DNA of 52,223 nucleotides, taken from Spirochaetales bacterium (GTDB lineage Bacteria > Spirochaetota > Spirochaetia > JABEVK01). A program made the translations under genes and the position numbers. The notes beneath the pieces are model-generated. The model did not search any database. It saw nothing but the letters and a program-made list of their open reading frames with translations, and had not been told where the DNA came from. Position 1 is the stretch's first letter, and every line of letters begins with the position of its first letter. Location of the stretch: assembly GCA_037142615.1 (NCBI GenBank), contig JBAXAI010000026.1:1-52223 (forward strand). The letters are read 5' to 3'. This document shows, piece after piece, positions 38,748 through 47,658 of this stretch.

Positions 38748-39614
38748 CTAGGTCCAGCGACCTTCGGGGTACACCGAGCTCAACAGACCCCTCAGTCGTC
38801 GGCTATGCACCAGAAACCCCAAGTCGTAGTCGCCCAGGCTCTCGCCGGGTTCGGCCACGTGAAGGCCTTCGGCGAACGGGCTGTTTTCGAGCACGATGCG
38901 GGGCACCAGTCCGAGACCGAGTCCCAGTCGAGCGAGCGCGAGCACGGCCTCGTTGCCCGCCGTTTCGGCCGCGATGTTCGGCTGAACGCCGGCTGTGTGG
39001 CTCCAGCGGTCGAAGCGCTCGCGGGCCAACCCCCGTCGCGGCAAAATGAGCGGGCTGGCCGCCAGTTGGGCACGGGTTACCGGACCCGAGAACAGCGCCG
39101 GGTCGCCGACAAACACCAGCGGCGTCCGGGCGATCGAAAAGCACTCGAGGCCGGCCACACCCGTGTCGGGCAGCGCTGCCAAAGCCAGATCGACCCCGCC
39201 CTCGCGCAGGCTGGCCTCGGCGTCGGCAGGGTCACCGGTTTCGACGGTCAGCCGCAGTTCGGGGTGGTCGCGCCTCAGGGCCTGAGCCAGCGGAGGCAAC
39301 AGCGAGTAGCAGGCCGTCACCGAGGCGTAGACCCGCAAAGTTCCGCGCAGGGGGCCGCCCCCCGCCTCGAGGCTCCGGTTCAGGTCTGACCTTTGGCGTA
39401 GCGTGGCCAGCGCAAAGTCGAGGAACACCTCGCCTTCCCTCGTCAGTTCCACGCGCCGGGTGTCACGCTCAAACAGCCGGGTTTGAAGCTCGTCTTCCAG
39501 GCGTACCAGCAGGCGGCTCAGCGCCGAGGGGCTGGTACCCACCTGCTGGGCCGCCCGCGAAAAATGCAACGTTCGGGCCAAGGCGACAAAGGCTTCAATT
39601 TCGTGGAAATCCAT
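38748..39614 (-). CDS. ilvY: LysR family activator IlvY
   Basis: LysR HTH; SVTACYSLLPP, TGDPADA and VLENSP segments typical of IlvY; near ilvC. Confidence 0.85.
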   Translation of the reverse strand: MDFHEIEAFVALARTLHFSRAAQQVGTSPSALSRLLVRLEDELQTRLFERDTRRVELTREGEVFLDFALATLRQRSDLNRSLEAGGGPLRGTLRVYASVTACYSLLPPLAQALRRDHPELRLTVETGDPADAEASLREGGVDLALAALPDTGVAGLECFSIARTPLVFVGDPALFSGPVTRAQLAASPLILPRRGLARERFDRWSHTAGVQPNIAAETAGNEAVLALARLGLGLGLVPRIVLENSPFAEGLHVAEPGESLGDYDLGFLVHSRRLRGLLSSVYPEGRWT

Positions 39615-39637
39615 AGGTTCTCCTTTATACTGACACT

Positions 39638-41305
39638 GTGAGCCCTTCGCGGCCGCAGGTCATCGGCTTCATGATCAGCCACATCTTCAATAGTTACGCA
39701 CGTCTGCTCCTGCGCGGCCTTCAAGACGAAGTGGCCCACCAAAATGCCCTGCACCCCGGGCGCTGCCGCCTGCTGGTTTTCAAGGGCAATATTCTGCGCA
39801 CTCCCTTTAACAACATGGCCCGCGAAAACGTCATCTACCACTCCATCCGGCCTGCCGCGCTCGACGCCCTGATTGTTCCGGCCAACATCTATTCCACCCA
39901 TATGCCGGTCGCTGATCTGCTTCCGTTGGTGCGTGCTTATCAGGTTCCTGTCACCGTGACCACCGGTTTGGAACTGGAAGGCTACCCTGCCGTCGTGATG
40001 GACCCCGGTACCCGCATGACCGAGCTGGTGACGCACCTGGTCGAAAAACACGGCTGCCGCCGTCTGGCCTTCCTCACCGGACCCCAGACGAGCGCCGACT
40101 CGGCGATCCGCTTCCAGGCCTTCCGCCAGGTGCTGGCCGACCACAACCTGCCGTTGCCGCCAGAGCACATCCTTCCCGGTGATTTTTCGTTTTACAATAC
40201 CCGGTCGTTGCTCGAGCAGCGGTTCCGGGGCCGCAAGCCGACCTTCGACGCGCTGGTGTGCGCCAACGATGAAATGGCCGTGGAAGCTCTGATGTTCTTC
40301 CAGGAAAATGGCCAGCGCATCCCGCAAGACCTCGCCGTCACCGGGCTCGACGACATTGATCAGGCCAGCTTGGTGCTGCCCCAGCTCACGACGATTCGCG
40401 AGCCGGTCGCCGAAATGGGCGCCAAAGCGGTCCAGGTCGTGCTCGAACTCCTCGATGCCCGCCGCAGGGGAAGTTTGCCCGTTGCTGCGGTGCACCGTTT
40501 GCCGACTTCGCTGAGGCTCCGCTCCAGTTGTGGTTGTCTCGCCCGCCTCGAGAGCCACGGCACCGAGGCTCCAGTGGCGCTCACGGTCCCTTTTGAAGCC
40601 GCCATGCTGGAACCCGGCAAGAAGCAAGAAGCCTTCCTGCTGGCGTTTCAGCGCTTTGTCGAAGATCGCATCCGGGCCGGAGACGACGCCGTTCACCTGC
40701 AAGGCCAGGTCTTTTCGTTCCGCACGCGGGTGCTGCGCGAGTGGGCCGAGCAGGTCACTCCCCGCAATATCACCGACCTGCTGGCCGAGATGCAAAAGAT
40801 CGTCACTTCGCTCAGCCAGCTTGTGTACACCCGGTATCAGGAAGACTCCGAGGAACTTATGCGCGGCATGCGAGCCACGGTGCGCATGGAACAACTGCTC
40901 GAATGGGCCGACATCGAGCGCGAACTTTTGGTGTGGCTTCCCAAGCTCGGACTGCGTGAGCTTGTGCTGGTGGTCTATCCCGGTTCTGTCGACTGCCCCG
41001 ACGAAAATGAGTGGCGGTTTCCAGCCCAGGCGCTGGTCCGGTTTGCGTGGGTAGCGAGCGAGCACCTGCGCTTGACTGTCGATCAAGCGACCTTCAGCCC
41101 GGCCGCCCAGTTGCTTCCCGACGCCCTGCTCGAAGGGGAAGGTGAGCCTCAGCTGGTGGTCAATGTTCTGAGCTACGCCGGTCAACAGTTTGGCTATTAC
41201 CTGTACGACGCCACTCGCCTGTCGGCCTTGGCGGCTGAACTTCTGCGGGTCAACCTGAAGAACCTCCTTCAGAACCATATGCTGCATCACAGAACTAATG
41301 CGTAG
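39638..41305 (+). CDS. LacI/periplasmic-binding-like ligand-binding domain protein, without HTH or output domain
   Basis: HLVEKHGCRRLAFLTGP, DALVCANDEMA, IPQDLAVTGLDD, LTTIREP and RSSCGC motifs. Confidence 0.75.
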   Translation: MSPSRPQVIGFMISHIFNSYARLLLRGLQDEVAHQNALHPGRCRLLVFKGNILRTPFNNMARENVIYHSIRPAALDALIVPANIYSTHMPVADLLPLVRAYQVPVTVTTGLELEGYPAVVMDPGTRMTELVTHLVEKHGCRRLAFLTGPQTSADSAIRFQAFRQVLADHNLPLPPEHILPGDFSFYNTRSLLEQRFRGRKPTFDALVCANDEMAVEALMFFQENGQRIPQDLAVTGLDDIDQASLVLPQLTTIREPVAEMGAKAVQVVLELLDARRRGSLPVAAVHRLPTSLRLRSSCGCLARLESHGTEAPVALTVPFEAAMLEPGKKQEAFLLAFQRFVEDRIRAGDDAVHLQGQVFSFRTRVLREWAEQVTPRNITDLLAEMQKIVTSLSQLVYTRYQEDSEELMRGMRATVRMEQLLEWADIERELLVWLPKLGLRELVLVVYPGSVDCPDENEWRFPAQALVRFAWVASEHLRLTVDQATFSPAAQLLPDALLEGEGEPQLVVNVLSYAGQQFGYYLYDATRLSALAAELLRVNLKNLLQNHMLHHRTNA

Positions 41306-41344
41306 ATCGCAATTCTGTGCTGACAATATATCACTTCACGCAAT
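41297..41344 (+). promoter_or_regulatory. Putative tandem IlvY operators (O1/O2) at the ilvC promoter
   Basis: Imperfect dyad AATGCGTAGATCGCAAT followed by AATATATCACTTCACGCAAT, similar to the enterobacterial ilvYC operator region as recalled. Confidence 0.6.
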
Positions 41345-41370
41345 AGTCCCTTCGGGTCTATAACAAAAGC

Positions 41371-42834
41371 ATGAACTACTTCAACACCCTCAATCTCCGC
41401 GAACAACTGCTCCAGCTTGGCCAGTGCCGGTTCATGGACAAGAACGAGTTTGACGACGGCGTGTCCGTTCTCAAAGGCAAAAAGATCGTCATCGTCGGCG
41501 CCGGCGCCCAGGGCCTGCACCAGGGCCTCAACCTGCGCGACAGCGGGCTCGACGTCAGCTACGCGCTGCGCAAAGAAGCCATCGCCGAAAAGCGCGCCAG
41601 TTGGAAGAACACCACCGACAACGGCTTCCAGGTCGGCACCTACGAAGAGCTGATCCCCACTGCCGACGTGGTGGGCAACCTGACACCCGACAAGCAGCAC
41701 TCGTCGGTGGTCGCCGCCGTGCAGCCGCTGATGAAAAAGGGCTCGGTGCTGTGGTACAGCCACGGCTTCAACATCGTCGAAGAAGGCACCGAAGTCCGCA
41801 AAGACATCACCGTGGTCATGATGGCGCCCAAGGGCCCCGGCTCCGAAGTGCGCGAAGAATACAAGCGCGGCTTCGGCATCCCCACGCTCATCGCCGTTCA
41901 CCCCGTCAACGACGCCGAAAAGAAGGGCTGGGCGTTTGCCAAGGCCCTGGCCGTAGGCACCGGAGGCAGCCGAGCCGGCGTGCTGCAGTCGAGTTTTGTC
42001 GCCGAAGTGAAGAGCGACCTGATGGGTGAGCAGACCATTCTGTGTGGCATGCTGCAGACCGGTTCGCTGCTGTGTTACGACAAGATGGTCGAAAAGGGCC
42101 TCGACAAGGCCTGGGCGTCGAAGTTCATCCAGTACGGTTGGGAAACCATCACCGAGGCGCTCAAGTTCGGCGGCATCACGTTGATGATGGACCGGCTGAG
42201 CGGCCCCGCCAAAATCAAGGCCTACGAACTGGCTGAGGACCTCAAAAAGCTGATGGCCCCCCTGTACCAGAAGCACCAGGACGACATCATCGCCGGCCGC
42301 TTCAGCAGCGGCATGATGGCCGACTGGAAAGCCGGCGACAAGGACCTGCTGGCCTGGCGCGAAGCCACCGGCGCCACCGCGTTCGAAAAGCAGGCCGCCG
42401 GCAGCACCGACATCGCTGAGCAGGAGTATTTCGACAAGGGCATTTTGATGGTCGCCATGGTCAAGGCTGGCGTGGAGCTCGCTTTCGAGACCATGACCGA
42501 CGCCGGCATCAAGGCCGAGAGCGCTTACTACGAGTCGCTGCACGAAGTGCCGCTCATTGCTAACCTCATTGCCCGCAAGAAGTTGTACGAAATGAACAAA
42601 GTGATCAGCGATACCGCCGAATACGGCTGCTACCTGTTCGACAACGCCTGCCGCCCGCTGCTGGGGGGCTTCATGGCCAAGGTCGAGACCGACATCATCG
42701 GCAAGGGTTTGGTCGGTAAGACCAGCAACGCGCGCCTGAACCAGGTGAACGAGGCCATCGCCAACCACCCGGTGGAGCACGTCGGCAAGAAGCTCAGAGG
42801 CTACATGACCGCCATGAAGGCGATCGTCAGCTAG
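41371..42834 (+). CDS. ilvC: Ketol-acid reductoisomerase, long (class II) form
   Basis: [41 protein letters not shown] and AYYESLHE motifs; 487 aa. Confidence 0.97.
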   Translation: MNYFNTLNLREQLLQLGQCRFMDKNEFDDGVSVLKGKKIVIVGAGAQGLHQGLNLRDSGLDVSYALRKEAIAEKRASWKNTTDNGFQVGTYEELIPTADVVGNLTPDKQHSSVVAAVQPLMKKGSVLWYSHGFNIVEEGTEVRKDITVVMMAPKGPGSEVREEYKRGFGIPTLIAVHPVNDAEKKGWAFAKALAVGTGGSRAGVLQSSFVAEVKSDLMGEQTILCGMLQTGSLLCYDKMVEKGLDKAWASKFIQYGWETITEALKFGGITLMMDRLSGPAKIKAYELAEDLKKLMAPLYQKHQDDIIAGRFSSGMMADWKAGDKDLLAWREATGATAFEKQAAGSTDIAEQEYFDKGILMVAMVKAGVELAFETMTDAGIKAESAYYESLHEVPLIANLIARKKLYEMNKVISDTAEYGCYLFDNACRPLLGGFMAKVETDIIGKGLVGKTSNARLNQVNEAIANHPVEHVGKKLRGYMTAMKAIVS

Positions 42835-42841
42835 GATCTCT

Positions 42842-43122
42842 GCTCAAGCCGCTGGCGCGTCTTGAGCTTGGAGTCTGGGGCGTCGCCCCAGACTCCAGGG
42901 CTAAGGGCACGGAGTGACCGTGCCCGTGCTCGCGTCGGCGCCACTGGGAACCCGATCTCCGTCGCTGACTTGGGTTGGGTGGCGGACCCAGCCGGGGAGT
43001 CCGCCGTCGCCGGCGAGCCCCCCCGTGCCCGGCGAGCCCCCCCCGTGTCCGGGGAGTCCGCCGTTGTCGGAGAGTTTCGCGAGAGCGAAACTCTAGGGCT
43101 AAGGACACGGAGTGTCCGTGCC
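42842..43122. repeat. Composite palindromic and direct-repeat non-coding element
   Basis: Several perfect hairpins and two copies of AGGGCTAAGG(G/A)CACGGAGTG(A/T)CCGTGCC flanking internal duplicated units. Confidence 0.75.
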
Positions 43123-43123
43123 A

Positions 43124-43152
43124 TTGACATGACCAACTTCCTGACCTACTTT
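43124..43152 (+). promoter_or_regulatory. Sigma70-type promoter of TA module 1
   Basis: TTGACA-17 nt-TACTTT, 6 nt before ATG 43159; overlapped by TGAC(A/C/T) repeats. Confidence 0.6.
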
Positions 43153-43158
43153 ATGACT

Positions 43159-43407
43159 ATGAGTGAACATGTGAATGTCTACGACGCCAAGGCTCGCTTC
43201 AGCCATTGGATCAACGAGGTCGAAGCCGGGCGCGAAGTAGTGGTCTGCAAGCGGAACAAGCCAGTGGCGCTGTTGTCGCCGATCCACGTGCCACGCAACA
43301 AGGAACGGCCCATTGGGCTCGCCAAGGGGACCTTCACCGTTGGCAAGGCCTTCTTTGAGCCCCTGCCCGACGAATTCGTCGATCTCTTCGAGGGTCGGGG
43401 GTCGTGA
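43159..43407 (+). CDS. Phd/YefM family antitoxin
   Basis: VNVYDAKARFS..I.EVEAG.EVVV.KRNKPVA.L; GTGA overlap with the toxin gene. Confidence 0.9.
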   Translation: MSEHVNVYDAKARFSHWINEVEAGREVVVCKRNKPVALLSPIHVPRNKERPIGLAKGTFTVGKAFFEPLPDEFVDLFEGRGS

Positions 43408-43787
43408 GAGTCCTGCTCGACACCTGCACGTTTCTGTGGTGGTGTCTCGATGCCCCCGAGTTGTCTGCCGCAGCGCGCCACCTCATTCTTTCAGCCGAAG
43501 TGGCCTATTTCAGCCCTGCGAGCGCCTGGGAGATCTCGGTGAAATACAAATTGGGCAAGCTCGAACTGCCCGTTCCCCCGGGTGACTGGGTGCCCAAGAT
43601 GCGAAAGGCCCATGGGTTCGAGACCTTGCCCATCAGCGAAGACGCTTCGCTGACCCTCAACCGCCTGCCCGACCTCCACAAAGATCCTTTTGACCGCTTG
43701 CTGACGGCGCAGGCACTTCATGAGGGGCTTGTCTTGGTCACGCCGGACCCGTTGATCCGGGCTTACCCGGTGCGGGTGGAGTGGTGA
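43404..43787 (+). CDS. vapC: VapC/PIN domain toxin
   Basis: LLDT, SAWEI, HKDPFDRLL.AQA and LVTPD motifs. Confidence 0.93.
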   Translation: MRVLLDTCTFLWWCLDAPELSAAARHLILSAEVAYFSPASAWEISVKYKLGKLELPVPPGDWVPKMRKAHGFETLPISEDASLTLNRLPDLHKDPFDRLLTAQALHEGLVLVTPDPLIRAYPVRVEW

Positions 43788-43788
43788 G

Positions 43789-44070
43789 TTGATATTGCCA
43801 CAGGTGGAAACTGCCCCCAAGATCGCCCCGCGCCTGCGCACCCAACTCCACTGGCTTCTGGCGTTCGCCCTCGCCTTTGTTTCTATCGGGGTAAAACTTT
43901 CGTTGACGTCGGGCCCCCTGCTCCCCGGTTTGGACGGCGCCTACTATTGGGTGCAAGTGCGTGCTCTGCTGGAGCGGGGAACCCTCGGCAAAGACGCCCA
44001 GCCCGAAGGCCAGCTTGAGGTGCTGTACGACTCGCCCACGCTCGTCCTGCTCCGGTTGACCACACCCTAA
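43789..44070 (+). pseudogene. Probable internally deleted membrane-protein gene
   Basis: One TM helix followed by GLDGAYY (GT-C-like first loop), then an abrupt end at 93 aa. Confidence 0.35.
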
Positions 44071-44100
44071 CAAAACGACCAGAAGTCCGCCGAGCGCCCC

Positions 44101-44729
44101 CGTCACCTGAACTATGACAGCCTCGAGGACAGGCAGGTGATCCGGGACAGCGGCTGGAGCACCCGCACAGGCCTGTCGATTCTGGTCACAGGGAGTGCCC
44201 GGTTGGCCACCTTGGAGGCCGACGCGGGTCGCTGGCATCGACAGTACCTCGACGGTTTGATCCGTGAGGACATCCTGAGTTTTGAGAACATCCACCAGTT
44301 GAAGGCCATGCAACTTTTGGTCGACTTGCTGCGCCAGCGAGTGGCTTCGCCCGTCAGCTACCAGGGGCTTTCAGAGGATCTCGGAGTATCACCCAACACC
44401 GTGAAGCATTATCTCGAGGTTCTTGAGGCACTGTACATCGTGTTCCGGGTTTACCCGCATCACCGGTCGATCTCCCGCGTGCTGGTTCTGTCGCTGCTAC
44501 GGCAAGCGGTCGGTGGCGAAGACCGCGATGGCGTTTCGCGGTCCGTCCGGTACTTGCGGACCCGCGAAGGCAAAGAAGTCGATTTTGTCGTCACCGCGGA
44601 CGAAGTTCCCACGCTGATGGTCGAGGTGAAGGCGCAGGAGAGGCAGTTGTCGCCGATCTGGCGCAGGAAAACGAAGCCGGGCCTTTGAAAGTCCGCCGGG
44701 CTCTCGGGTGGTTGGAAGAACTGGCGTGA
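44101..44729 (+). pseudogene. Degraded AAA+ ATPase (AAA_14/DUF4143 family)
   Basis: HLNYD, ILVTGSARL, LIREDI, VSPNTVKHYL..LE and REGKEVDFV...EVK retained; Walker A/B missing; C-terminus (KVRRALGWLEELA) in another frame. Confidence 0.75.
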
Positions 44730-44846
44730 CTTGACCTGCAGACGCCCCACCTTGGGCCAGACACGGGGTTTCCTTCGACGAGGCAAAGGCCCTTTTCGAG
44801 GACCCGCTGGACAGGAGGTCGTTCGGATTGTCTCGGCAAGCAAGCT

Positions 44847-45419
44847 TCACCACCCCCAAGAATCGACGATTGACGCTTTCTCCTCTTCCTCGCTGAGGGT
44901 ATTCCTCTCAATTATCCGCGAAAGCGGGTCGGCGTCCTGCCACACCTCGTCGGGCAAAAGACGGAAGTTCCGCCAGGAGCGCTGACCTTCTATGGGGGGT
45001 TCGGGAGGGTTTTCTCGGACGTCTTTCCAGTCCTCCAAGTCACGGAACAGGCGACGGTATCGAGCGTGCCACGACTGCGCGTCCGTTTGGGCGGCTTCGA
45101 GCCAGCGCACCAGATCGAGCCGGTCGACTTTGGCCAGCGCCACCTTGGCTGACTCTTCGTCGGGAGCGTGCCCTGCATAGATGCCGTGCCACACCAAAAG
45201 CCAGACTTCCTGGTCGCGATGACGTTCAGAGTTCTCATGGTGGCAATACAGCGTTTCGCGCAAGATACCATAGTGCACTGGGCAACCGCGAATAAAAGCG
45301 CCGGCGCGGTAGGTCGCAAAGCTGTCTCCCAACGAATGGGTTTGCAGCGTGCTGTGAACTTTGCCGCAGGTTACGCACGTCACCGTGGGTTCAAGCATCA
45401 GGGTGTCGAAAAGGCTCAT
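44847..45419 (-). CDS. Hypothetical protein with an N-terminal CxxC (possible Zn-binding) region
   Basis: AGGAGG SD before ATG 45419; MSLFDT...CVTCG....LQT motif. Confidence 0.7.
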   Translation of the reverse strand: MSLFDTLMLEPTVTCVTCGKVHSTLQTHSLGDSFATYRAGAFIRGCPVHYGILRETLYCHHENSERHRDQEVWLLVWHGIYAGHAPDEESAKVALAKVDRLDLVRWLEAAQTDAQSWHARYRRLFRDLEDWKDVRENPPEPPIEGQRSWRNFRLLPDEVWQDADPLSRIIERNTLSEEEEKASIVDSWGW

Positions 45420-45429
45420 CAGCGCCTCC

Positions 45430-45478
45430 TTGACAGGAGCATAGGATGGGTGTACGTTAAAGTCAAGAAAAACGTACA
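45430..45478 (+). promoter_or_regulatory. Promoter and inverted-repeat operator of TA module 2
   Basis: TTGACA-17 nt-TACGTT; TGTACGTT-N12-AACGTACA dyad covering the -10. Confidence 0.6.
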
Positions 45479-45490
45479 TAAGGACAACCC

Positions 45491-45724
45491 ATGACCGTCA
45501 AGGCCACCCAGTTCCGCCAGAACCTGTTCCAGATCCTCGATCAGTGCCGTGACACCGGCGAAAAGGTGCGCATCGAGCGCGGCACCGAGGTGTATGAGTT
45601 GGTGCCCAGCAAAAAGCGAATCCGGATCCAGGAAATTCCCGACCGACCCTGGATCTATGGTGTTGACCCCGATCGGCTGCACCTGGTGAAAACCTCGGAG
45701 TGGACACCCGATGATCTTTCTTGA
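45491..45724 (+). CDS. Phd/YefM-like antitoxin
   Basis: ATQFRQNLFQILDQ...TGE.V.IER; overlaps the PIN gene. Confidence 0.8.
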   Translation: MTVKATQFRQNLFQILDQCRDTGEKVRIERGTEVYELVPSKKRIRIQEIPDRPWIYGVDPDRLHLVKTSEWTPDDLS

Positions 45725-46109
45725 CACCCACGCCGCCATCTTTCTGACGGCTTCCAGTCACAAGATTTCCCGAAAAGTCTGGAAAACCCTTGAACAGGAG
45801 GAACTTGTTCTGTCGCCCATGGTTCGTCTGGAGTTCGAGTTCCTTCACGAGTCGGGATCGATCAGGGAAGAACCCATGGCCCTCTTCGAAAATCTCGCCC
45901 GCCACCACTCTGTCACTATCGAAACCGAAGGCTGGGCGCGAGCGGCCGAAATCGCGCAAGTGCTCAATTGGACCCGCGACCCCTTCGACCGTCTCATCGT
46001 GGCCCACGCGATGGTGTGGAGCGCCCCACTGCTCACCCGCGATGCGCTGATGCACCAGCACTATACGCAGGCCTTTTGGGACGATCCGCCACTCACTTCC
46101 GCCAGCTAG
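45711..46109 (+). CDS. vapC: VapC/PIN domain toxin
   Basis: FLDTH, SPMVRLE, RDPFDRLIVA and LLTRD motifs. Confidence 0.9.
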   Translation: MIFLDTHAAIFLTASSHKISRKVWKTLEQEELVLSPMVRLEFEFLHESGSIREEPMALFENLARHHSVTIETEGWARAAEIAQVLNWTRDPFDRLIVAHAMVWSAPLLTRDALMHQHYTQAFWDDPPLTSAS

Positions 46110-46208
46110 TCACACCGGGATGGCCGGCGGCCTCCAGCGCGGCTACCTGCTCATCCCCTGCCGGTTCGTCAAAGGCGCCTGGGTCGAAGTGAGCAGGACT
46201 CTTCGCAG

Positions 46209-46237
46209 TTTGACAAAACTTTGACAAAGGTATGACA
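46209..46237 (+). promoter_or_regulatory. Tandem 11-bp-period direct repeats, OmpR/PhoB-type binding site
   Basis: TTTGACAAAAC TTTGACAAAGG TATGACA upstream of the vWA-HK-RR genes. Confidence 0.6.
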
Positions 46238-46305
46238 TGACCCTGACCGCTCGACGAGCGTGGTGGGCCAGACTGTTCCTGAAGCAAGACTTCAGGAGGA
46301 TGAAC

Positions 46306-47658
46306 ATGAAACGAGCTGGAAGGACGAGCATACGGAGGAAGCTGGCCGCGGCGCTGGTGGCCACGATGCTGACAACGCTCTCGCTGGGAGCGGCCGAACT
46401 CACGCTGACCGCCGAACTGGTGAGCCCCATGCTTAAGGCCGGCGAAAAGCAGACTACCTGGCTCAAGGTGGGCCTCAAGGGCTTTGAGTGGGCTGCGGCA
46501 AACAAGACACCGGCTCCGCTCAACCTGGCCTTGGTGCTCGACCGCTCGGGCTCGATGGAAGGCGCCAAGCTGGAACGCGCCAAGGAAGCGGCAAAACTGG
46601 CACTGCGCCAACTTTCGGAGCGCGACATTCTGTCGGTCGTCACCTTTGAGAGCGAAGTGCAGGTGCTGTTGCCTGCCACCCGCGTCACCGACAAAAAGGC
46701 CTTGGGGCGCCTCATCGACGGCATTGGCCCGGGCGGCTCGACAGCCTTGTTTGGCGGCGTCAGCAAGGGGGCGGCCGAAGTGCGCAAGTTTCTGTCACCC
46801 GGTAGCGTCAACCGCATCATTTTGCTCAGCGACGGCATCGCCAACGTCGGTCCCGACAGTCCGTCGGCGCTCGGCGATTTGGGGGCGAGCCTTCGTCGCG
46901 AAGGGATGTCCGTCTCGACGATCGGTTTGGGCCTCGACTACAATGAAGACCTGATGACCCGCCTTGCCCAGACTTCCGACGGCAACCACGCCTTCGTTCA
47001 GGAGCCCCAGGACCTCGCCCGCATTTTCGACCTCGAGTTTCAGGACGCGCTGGCCGTGGTGGCCCGGGACCTCAAGGTGACTCTGGACTTCCAGGGAGGG
47101 GCTGTTCCGCTGCGGATTCTCAACCGCCCCGGCCAGGTTTCGGGGACGCGGGTCAACCTCGACCTGTCGCAGTTGGCGGCGGGGCAGGAAAAGTACTTTC
47201 TGCTCGAAGTCGAGGTGCCGGCACTGGCCTCGGGCAAAACACTCGACGTTGTGGCCGTCAAGACCACCTACGGCAACCTGACCACGGGCAAGGCCGCGAC
47301 GCTCACAACCAAGGCGGCTGTGTCGGGATCCGCCGACGTGGCTGCGATCAAGAAGTCGGTGCGGCAGGAAGTTGTCGAGGCTGTTGGAGTTCAGCAGTAC
47401 GTCGAAGCGAGCCAAAAGGCCATCGAGCTGCGCGACAAGGGCGATACCCAGGGCGCTGCCCAGGTGCTGCAGGACAGTGAGGCGTCGCTCCAAAGTCTGA
47501 ACCAAACCTTGTCGGCCCCCAGCCCGGCCGTAAACGCCGCAGCCGGCAGGGCCAAAGAGGCCGCCTCCGCCATCTCCAACGAAAGCCTCGATTACAACCA
47601 GCTGAGAAAATCCATGAAGGCGGAAGAGTTCGCCGACCAGAACCAGCAGACCTACTGA
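46306..47658 (+). CDS. Exported von Willebrand factor A domain protein (YfbK-like)
   Basis: AGGAGG SD; signal peptide; MIDAS DRSGS...T...LSDG; NRIILLSDG.ANVG. Confidence 0.88.
   Translation: MKRAGRTSIRRKLAAALVATMLTTLSLGAAELTLTAELVSPMLKAGEKQTTWLKVGLKGFEWAAANKTPAPLNLALVLDRSGSMEGAKLERAKEAAKLALRQLSERDILSVVTFESEVQVLLPATRVTDKKALGRLIDGIGPGGSTALFGGVSKGAAEVRKFLSPGSVNRIILLSDGIANVGPDSPSALGDLGASLRREGMSVSTIGLGLDYNEDLMTRLAQTSDGNHAFVQEPQDLARIFDLEFQDALAVVARDLKVTLDFQGGAVPLRILNRPGQVSGTRVNLDLSQLAAGQEKYFLLEVEVPALASGKTLDVVAVKTTYGNLTTGKAATLTTKAAVSGSADVAAIKKSVRQEVVEAVGVQQYVEASQKAIELRDKGDTQGAAQVLQDSEASLQSLNQTLSAPSPAVNAAAGRAKEAASAISNESLDYNQLRKSMKAEEFADQNQQTY

Noticed and set aside
42842-43122. CRISPR array, tRNA or N-terminal extension of the antitoxin
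   Set aside because: Only two copies of each unit, no regular spacers, no cas genes and no cloverleaf; a promoter sits right before the real antitoxin start
44068-44070. Programmed read-through joining the 93-aa ORF to the ATPase fragment
   Set aside because: The stop is TAA with no recoding signal, and the two parts derive from unrelated families
46110-46205. CCTGCTCA...TGAGCAGG inverted repeat as a riboswitch
   Set aside because: A single 8-bp pairing in GC-rich DNA, with no further consensus features
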